Assembly: GCA_964016885.1 (NCBI GenBank)
Contig: OZ024741.1
Location: 75,826,001 to 75,890,000, forward strand
Reading direction: 5' to 3'
Source: Eledone cirrhosa
Taxonomy: Eukaryota
DNA: 64,000 nt
The position numbers were made by a program, and so were the translations under genes. A model generated the notes under the pieces. That model was not told the DNA's origin. It made no database searches and was given only the letters and a program-made list of their open reading frames with translations. Positions 63,430 to 64,000 of this stretch are shown piece by piece. Position 1 is the stretch's first letter, and each line of letters starts with the position of its first letter.

Positions 63430-64000
63430 CCTACGGTATAACAATGCCATCTCACACAGCCATTATGGCGATGCAGAAGTCCATTCAGGAACTCACCCTG
63501 AAGCTCCAGAAGATGAAGGTCTGGTGTGGTGCCAGTTCGCGCCCGCGCAGCCGCGGGAGATCTCAATCTTTTAGACGCCGCCCCAAATCACCAGCTTCAT
63601 CTTTATGCTGGTACCATGAGCGATTTGCCGAGAGCACGAACCACTGCGTGCAACCTTGCTCGTTTCATAAGGTGGGAAACGCCAAAGAGGTCCGCTGATG
63701 GGGGCAGTTGACCTCAACATAAAGCCACCAAACCGCCATTTCTTCATTAAGGACCTTATGTCGGGAAGAGGTTTCCTCGTGGATACAGGAGCCTCCTGTA
63801 GTATTTGGCCGGTCCATTGCTTGAAAGATACCCTCGTGGAGCCATCCGTTACTCTGCAGGCCGTTAATCACTCGTCTATAAAGACGTACGGGAAAATCTC
63901 GCTTCCTCTCAAATTCCTAAATCTTCGTGGGGATTTTAAGTGGATTTTTACGGTTGCCGATTTGCCATACCCTATCTTAGGAGCGGATTTCCTCCACAAC
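63430..64000 (+). mobile_element. CsRn1-type Ty3/Gypsy gag C-terminus and aspartic protease (continues off window)
   Basis: CWYHERF......CVQPC (CHCC) knuckle; FLVDTGAS and PILGADFL protease motifs in the -1 frame relative to gag. Confidence 0.88.

Overview
AT-rich, repeat-dense animal genomic DNA, not prokaryotic. The repeat landscape suggests an octopus or related cephalopod (inference). The window holds a complete 18-exon COG2 gene on + (CDS 553..51371; exons sum to 2253 nt = 750 aa + stop; all introns GT-AG and phase-consistent). It also holds a convergent, single-exon CDIN1/C15orf41 PD-(D/E)xK nuclease gene on - (57366..58202) and possibly the start of a divergent gene at the left edge. 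COG2 intron 2 is filled by a ~21 kb array of ~430 copies of a 49-bp hairpin-forming unit. The array shows higher-order block duplications and ends ~40 nt before the exon 3 acceptor. Introns and intergenic DNA carry RTE, CR1-like and CRE-like retroposon fragments, tRNA-derived SINEs and piggyBac-like MITEs. At the right end are nested CsRn1-type Ty3/Gypsy LTR elements whose LTRs appear to end in ...CTAAA rather than ...CA. The best leads are the structured intronic satellite, a tandem repeat built from the exon 5 splice acceptor, the non-canonical LTR end, a foldback downstream of CDIN1, and the intronless CDIN1. All functional interpretations are inference; nothing was computed or searched.
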